Positions 58,634 through 64,000 of a DNA stretch of 64,000 bases are shown here, one piece after another (positions within the stretch are counted from its first letter, which is position 1; every line of letters starts with the position of its first letter). The position numbers and the translations under genes were made by a program. The stretch lies in IMG/VR virus record IMGVR_UViG_3300046004_001808, positions 7,802 to 71,801 of that record, one strand, 5' to 3'. A model generated the notes under the pieces. That model made no database searches, had not been told where the DNA came from, and worked only from the letters and a program-made list of their open reading frames with translations. This stretch comes from a virus. Lineage: Duplodnaviria > Caudoviricetes.

Positions 58634-58659
58634 AAAAAACCCCTCTTTATTGGAGGGGT
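58634..58659 (-). terminator. Intrinsic terminator after the fibre gene
   Basis: ACCCCTC-CAATAAA-GAGGGGT followed by TTTTT on the minus strand. Confidence 0.78.
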
Positions 58660-58666
58660 GTTCTTT

Positions 58667-61600
58667 TTATTTATTATTTGGTTTAAGTATTTCAATACCA
58701 TTCCAATTTTCAATGGCATCTTTATCCTTTCTTGTTCCAATTACAAGAACATTATATCGAATATCCTTGTCTGCAAATATATTAATATTTTCTTCAATAT
58801 CATCAATAACCCCATATGCAATTCCAAAACCATTAAAAGGACTCACCCATACTTGAGTATTTTTATTCAAATACTTATAATAATCAGGTAACTTAATAAT
58901 AGAGGTCCCATTTACAACATCAACAACATATCTATATATATTATCTCCTTCTGTAGGTGATTCAACAAATGAATGTTGTAAGTATTTCGTTTCTGTTTTA
59001 TTTGGGTCAGGGTGGTTAATTCTAAATGTTCCGGATGTTTTAGATAATGCCTGAACAAATGTTGTATTACTAGCACTTGATGTTAAATTAGAACCAATTA
59101 TGTGAGAATTATAGTGAGTAACAGTATTTGACGCTCCCCCCAAAATAGATGAACAATTACCAGAAGCAGTATTACCACAACCACCACCAATTGTTGACTG
59201 AGTCCCTGTTGCACAGTTTTTAAAACCACCCGTAATTGTTGAAGTTTGACCAGAAGCAATATTACAACGACCACCTCCAATTATAGACCACGCCGAACTT
59301 GCGGCAATAACATTTAATTCACCACCTCCAATAAATGAAGAACATACTGAGATAGTATTTCCCGAACCACCAGCAATTGTTGAAAAACAACCATCATTTT
59401 GGATAGTATTACAACACCCTCCAGCAATTGTTGAACAACGAGAATTACCACATGTAAGATTAAATCTACCTCCTCCAATCGTCGAAGAATGACCACACGC
59501 GTGATTAAAATAACCACCACCAACTGTTGCACACCCATCAGATGCCCTATTACATTTACCACCCATGACGGATGTATATGAATTTAACGCAACATTTACC
59601 GCACCTCCTCCAATAAATCCGGAACAACAAGAAACACAGTTTGCTCTACCTCCTGCAATTGTTCCATGACCCGCACTTGTAATTCTATTGTTTTGTCCTC
59701 CACCAATAGAACTATATTCACCACAAGTATAATTATTGTAACCACCAGCAATTGTTGATGCTTTACTATTAGTAACTCCGTAGTTTCCTTTTACAAAATT
59801 ACCACGACCACCACCAATTGTTCCAAAACAATGATTACCAGCACTTTTGTTAGTACATCCTCCACCAATTGTTGAGAAAAGACTACAAGCAAAATTTGAC
59901 TTTCCTCCACCGACTGTTGAATAACAACTAATTGAACAATTTAAATAACCCCCACCAATTGTTGAGAAAATAGATGTAGAAGTAGTGTTCTTACAACCTC
60001 CACCAATAAATGTGAAATTACCACAAGCACAATTTAATAACCCACCACCAATTGTTGAAAAAATAGCTGTAGAAGTTTTGTTATTACAACCTCCACCAAT
60101 AAATGTGAAATTACCACAAGCACAATTTAATACCCCACCACCAATTGTTGAATAACAACCAGAAGCACTATTGGAATTACCACCACCAACAAAAGAAGCA
60201 GTATTAGAAGCAAGATTATTTGACCCTCCCGCAATTGTTGATACAATACCAGATGCAGTGTTAGCAGAACCGCCACCAATTGTTGAAAAATTACCAGAAG
60301 AAATACCATATCTTCCACCACCGATAAACGAAAAACAACCAAAACTTTTATTTGCAAAACCACCACCGATTGTTGCAAAATTACATCCATTAGGGGCGGT
60401 AGTTGTATTTACTAATCTTGGATTATTTCCATAAGTAAACGTTTGGTTTGTATATAAACAAGTATAATAACTAGAATAAACAACATTAGTGATTTGTCCT
60501 ACGTAAGTGGTATTATTATAATTAGATGAAATAAAATTATCTCCAATAGTAAATGATGATGTTTGGTCGCCATAAATAACAAAACAATTAGAATTAACAC
60601 AATATGATTTAAATATAGTTTCATTAGATGTTATGTTTAAATTACCACCACCAATAAAACCGGATTGAGATTTATTTAAATTTACCTTACCACCACCAAT
60701 TGTTGAACTAACATTAGTAGCAATATTATTTTTACCACCAGCAATTGTTGAATAATTCCCTCCAGAAGTATTATTTCGACCACTACCAATAAATGAACTA
60801 TCTCCAGAAGCAGTATTTTGACCACCACCAGAAATTGTAGAATAAAAATCAGAAGCAGTATTTTGACCACCACCAGAAATTGTAGAACGATTACCACAAG
60901 CAGTATTAGAAGTACCACCACCTATTGTTGAACTTGTGGAAGCAGAAAAGATTAAATTACCACAACCACCACCAATTGTCGCATATACTCCTCCATTACA
61001 GTTTTTAAAACCACCCGTAATTGTTGAAGTTTGACCAGAAGCAATATTACAACGACCACCTCCAATTATAGACCACGCCGAACTTGCGGCAATAACATTT
61101 AATTCACCACCTCCAATAAATGAAGAACATACTGAGATAGTATTTCCCGAACCACCAGCAATTGTTGAAAAATAACCATTAGTTTGTATAAGATTACAAC
61201 ACCCTCCAGCAATTGTTGAACAACGAGAATTACCACATATAAGATTAAATCTACCTCCTCCAATTGTCGAAGAATGACCAGCCGCTTGATTACAATAACC
61301 ACCACCAACTGTTGCATACCCATCAGACGCCCTATTACATTTACCACCCATAATTGATGTGTAAAAATTTGACGCAACATTTACCGCACCTCCTCCAATA
61401 AATCCGGAACAACAAGAAACACAGTTTCCTCTACCTCCTGCAATTGTTCCATGGCAAGCAGAAGTCCACGTACAATTGGATTGACCACCACCAATTGTTG
61501 AATGATGAGCCGTAGGTGCCGTAGAATTGCATTCACCACCACCAATGAATGAACAAGTACCCTGTGCCAAATTACATTTTCCTCCACCAATTGTTGTAAA

Positions 61601-64000
61601 TGCATATGCCGCAGTATTACCACAACCACCACCAATAAATGCACAATCACCTAAAACAGAAACAAGATTTTTTGACCCTCCACCAACTGTTGAGGTATTA
61701 CCGGAAGCAGTATTACTATTTCCACCGCCAACTATCGAATTATCACCACCAGCAGTATTAATACTTCCACCACCAATTGTTGAACGAATACCAGAAGCCG
61801 TATTTTTATAACCACCACCAATTGTTGAACCAATACAACAAATTTTATTACAATAACCTCCACCAATAGATGAAGATGTGGATGTAGAAATGATTAGATT
61901 ATTACAACCACCCGCGATTGTAGAGTATATTGCTAAATTACAGTTTCTAAATCCACCACCAATTGTTGATAATCTACCAGCATTACAACAAACAATTGTT
62001 CCTGATAAAATCCCTGTTGATGTTGTAAATGTTCCACCTGAAGTATTATGTCCAATACCACCACCAATTGTTACACCTAAAGAACCACATTCGTCAGTTG
62101 CAGATTGAATTATGTTTCTATGTCCACCACCAATAAATGACATTCTAGTACTTGTTCTATTACAATATCCACCAGATATTGTTGAGGTATTTCCAGAAGT
62201 ATTATTTCTAAATCCCCCACCAATAAACCCACAACGAGCATTGTTTATATTACAAGAACCACCAACAACTGTTGAATCATAACAAGAAGAGGTGTTAAAA
62301 CGACCCCCACCAACAAATGAAAAACATCCCGATGCTGTATTTCCTGAACCCCCACCAACTGTTGCACGTCCATTAGAAGCAGTATTATCTAAACCACCCC
62401 CTACTGTTGAGGAATAACAAGAAGAAACATTACATTGTCCTCCACCAACGGTTGACCGACTACCAGAAGCAGTATTCCATACTCCTCCTCCAATTGTTGA
62501 ATAAGCACCTCTAGAACAATTTAATGACCCTCCACCAATTGTTGCTCCTGTTATAGAAGCATAATTACAATATCCACCAGCAATTGTTGAATACTTAGCC
62601 GTTGCACGGTTTCTAAATCCACCACCTATGGTTGATAATCTACCACCTTCAAAACAAGTAATTACTCCTGATAAAATACCTGTTGATGTTGTAAATGTCC
62701 CTCCGGTTGTGTTATGTCCAATACCCCCACCAATAGTTGCTCCTAAAGAACAACATTCGTTTGGTGTTGATAGAAGTATATTTCTTTGACCACCTCCAAT
62801 TGTTGAGAATCTAGAATTTAAAATATTACGACATCCTCCATTAATTATTGAATAACTACCACGAGATGAGTTAAAACTACCACCACCAATAAATGTATAA
62901 TCACCTATGGCACAGTTTCTAAAACCACCACCAATGGTTGATAATTTACCTGCATCACAACAAGCAACTGGTCCGGTTAAAATTCCTGTAGTCGCATTAA
63001 ATGTTCCCCCTGAAGTATTATGTCCAATACCTCCACCGATTGTTACACCTAAAGAATTACATTCGTTTGTTAATGATTGAATTATATTTCTTTGACCACC
63101 ACCAATAAATGAGAATCTAGCATTTGTCGTATTATAAGAACCACCAACTATTGATGAACAAGTACCACTAATCGAGTTTTGACAACCACCAACAATTGCT
63201 GAATTATCACAAAAAGCGCTATTATATTTACCACCACCAATAAACGAATAACCACCTGGGCTATTATTACAACAACCACCAACAATTGCTGAATAAGGAC
63301 CTGTTGATGTATTATTAAAACCACCTAAAGAAGCTGAATAATTTCCTATCGAAGTATTTGAAACACCACATCTAACAGATGAATTCTTACCCGCACCTAA
63401 AACAATAACCGCTGATGAACCAATATTTACACCCGATGAACCACTTGTTCCTGAAGTACCGCTAGTTCCGGTTGTTCCTGAAGTACCACTTGTACCTCCG
63501 GTACCATTCGTTCCTGAAGTACCACTAGCACCATTAACACCACTTGTTCCTGAAGTTCCGCTAGTTCCTGAAGTACCACTTGTACCTCCGGTACCATTCG
63601 TTCCTGAAGTACCGCTAGTTCCTGATGTACCGCTAGTTCCGGTTGTTCCGCTAGTTCCTGAAGTACCACTTGTACCTCCGGTACCATTAGTCCCTGATGT
63701 TCCGCTAGTTCCTGTTGTTCCTGAAGTTCCTCTAGTACCTGAAGTTCCCGATGTACCGGTTGTTCCTGATGTTCCGCTTGTACCTCCGGTACCATTCGTA
63801 CCTGATGTTCCTGATGTACCGCTAGTTCCGGTTGTTCCTGATGTTCCGCTTGTACCACTTGTACCTCCGGTACCATTCGTTCCTGAAGTACCACTTGTAC
63901 CTCCGGTACCATTCGTTCCTGATGTTCCGCTAGTTCCTGTTGTTCCTGAAGTACCACTTGTACCTCCGGTACCATTAGTTCCTGATGTTCCTGATGTTCC
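58667..64000 (-). CDS. Very long fibre/adhesin: collagen-like (G-T-x)n stalk, Cys/Gly-rich STIGGGxxN beta-repeats and a C-terminal chaperone-like domain (5' end outside the window)
   Basis: Hand translation shows the frame of the 62143 ORF stays open upstream to 64000 (at least 1777 aa). C-terminal FRINHPDP...LQHSFVESP...LPDY is typical of fibre C-terminal chaperone domains. Confidence 0.85.
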   Translation of the reverse strand, partial: GTSGTSGTNGTGGTSGTSGTTGTSGTSGTNGTGGTSGTSGTNGTGGTSGTSGTSGTTGTSGTSGTSGTNGTGGTSGTSGTTGTSGTSGTRGTSGTTGTSGTSGTNGTGGTSGTSGTSGTTGTSGTSGTSGTSGTNGTGGTSGTSGTSGTSGTSGVNGASGTSGTNGTGGTSGTSGTTGTSGTSGTSGSSGVNIGSSAVIVLGAGKNSSVRCGVSNTSIGNYSASLGGFNNTSTGPYSAIVGGCCNNSPGGYSFIGGGKYNSAFCDNSAIVGGCQNSISGTCSSIVGGSYNTTNARFSFIGGGQRNIIQSLTNECNSLGVTIGGGIGHNTSGGTFNATTGILTGPVACCDAGKLSTIGGGFRNCAIGDYTFIGGGSFNSSRGSYSIINGGCRNILNSRFSTIGGGQRNILLSTPNECCSLGATIGGGIGHNTTGGTFTTSTGILSGVITCFEGGRLSTIGGGFRNRATAKYSTIAGGYCNYASITGATIGGGSLNCSRGAYSTIGGGVWNTASGSRSTVGGGQCNVSSCYSSTVGGGLDNTASNGRATVGGGSGNTASGCFSFVGGGRFNTSSCYDSTVVGGSCNINNARCGFIGGGFRNNTSGNTSTISGGYCNRTSTRMSFIGGGHRNIIQSATDECGSLGVTIGGGIGHNTSGGTFTTSTGILSGTIVCCNAGRLSTIGGGFRNCNLAIYSTIAGGCNNLIISTSTSSSIGGGYCNKICCIGSTIGGGYKNTASGIRSTIGGGSINTAGGDNSIVGGGNSNTASGNTSTVGGGSKNLVSVLGDCAFIGGGCGNTAAYAFTTIGGGKCNLAQGTCSFIGGGECNSTAPTAHHSTIGGGQSNCTWTSACHGTIAGGRGNCVSCCSGFIGGGAVNVASNFYTSIMGGKCNRASDGYATVGGGYCNQAAGHSSTIGGGRFNLICGNSRCSTIAGGCCNLIQTNGYFSTIAGGSGNTISVCSSFIGGGELNVIAASSAWSIIGGGRCNIASGQTSTITGGFKNCNGGVYATIGGGCGNLIFSASTSSTIGGGTSNTACGNRSTISGGGQNTASDFYSTISGGGQNTASGDSSFIGSGRNNTSGGNYSTIAGGKNNIATNVSSTIGGGKVNLNKSQSGFIGGGNLNITSNETIFKSYCVNSNCFVIYGDQTSSFTIGDNFISSNYNNTTYVGQITNVVYSSYYTCLYTNQTFTYGNNPRLVNTTTAPNGCNFATIGGGFANKSFGCFSFIGGGRYGISSGNFSTIGGGSANTASGIVSTIAGGSNNLASNTASFVGGGNSNSASGCYSTIGGGVLNCACGNFTFIGGGCNNKTSTAIFSTIGGGLLNCACGNFTFIGGGCKNTTSTSIFSTIGGGYLNCSISCYSTVGGGKSNFACSLFSTIGGGCTNKSAGNHCFGTIGGGRGNFVKGNYGVTNSKASTIAGGYNNYTCGEYSSIGGGQNNRITSAGHGTIAGGRANCVSCCSGFIGGGAVNVALNSYTSVMGGKCNRASDGCATVGGGYFNHACGHSSTIGGGRFNLTCGNSRCSTIAGGCCNTIQNDGCFSTIAGGSGNTISVCSSFIGGGELNVIAASSAWSIIGGGRCNIASGQTSTITGGFKNCATGTQSTIGGGCGNTASGNCSSILGGASNTVTHYNSHIIGSNLTSSASNTTFVQALSKTSGTFRINHPDPNKTETKYLQHSFVESPTEGDNIYRYVVDVVNGTSIIKLPDYYKYLNKNTQVWVSPFNGFGIAYGVIDDIEENINIFADKDIRYNVLVIGTRKDKDAIENWNGIEILKPNNK
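59213..61453. repeat. ~456-bp internal direct duplication (59213-59668 and 60998-61453)
   Basis: In-frame offset of 1785 bp; the first ~175 bp are identical and the rest carry scattered substitutions. Confidence 0.9.
63430..64000 (-). repeat. Collagen-like Gly-X-Y repeat without proline ([12 protein letters not shown])
   Basis: Minus strand reads GGA ACA TCA GGA ACA TCA GGA ACT AAT GGT ACC GGA... over about 63 triplets. Confidence 0.9.

Noticed and set aside
59213-61453. Duplicated fibre segment as a diversity-generating retroelement TR/VR pair
   Set aside because: The mismatches inspected are not confined to adenines of one copy, both copies are in-frame coding, and no reverse transcriptase is present in the window.
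63427-63975. 182-aa [11 protein letters not shown] repeat ORF
   Set aside because: An alternative frame of the Gly-Thr-X collagen region; the collagen frame is continuous with the fibre gene.
1-64000. Stop-codon reassignment as seen in some large phages
   Set aside because: Long genes are intact under the standard code, and TAG and TGA both serve as real stops (e.g. 5558, 4071, 34019).
1-64000. tRNA or rRNA genes
   Set aside because: Intergenic gaps are short and AT-rich; no cloverleaf or T-loop signatures were recognised by eye.

Overview
A 64-kb AT-rich fragment of a large tailed phage genome (T4-superfamily-like myovirus with a contractile tail). Leaders lack Shine-Dalgarno motifs, which suggests a Bacteroidota host (inference). 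From left to right: (1) a replication/nucleotide operon (nrdA partial, nrdB, gp41-like helicase, 5'-3' exonuclease, UvsX/RecA, gp32-like SSB); (2) a tail/baseplate module (2299-aa hub, LysM wedge, 1671-aa tube initiator with an embedded OmpA-like domain, tape measure, tail chaperone with a probable +1 frameshift, tube, sheath, terminator, neck proteins), with an SNF2 helicase and a family B DNA polymerase interspersed; (3) a ~25-kb island where mucin-like Thr/Pro-repeat proteins and a >1777-aa collagen/Gly-rich repeat fibre are interleaved with many glycosyltransferase domains, methyltransferases, a sulfotransferase and a PAPS-supply module. Two of the GT domains belong to protein O-glycosyltransferase families (GT60 and TibC/Aah-like). 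The leading hypothesis is a phage-encoded system that builds a methylated, sulfated glycan coat on its own virion. All product calls come from motif recognition by eye; no database searches were run.
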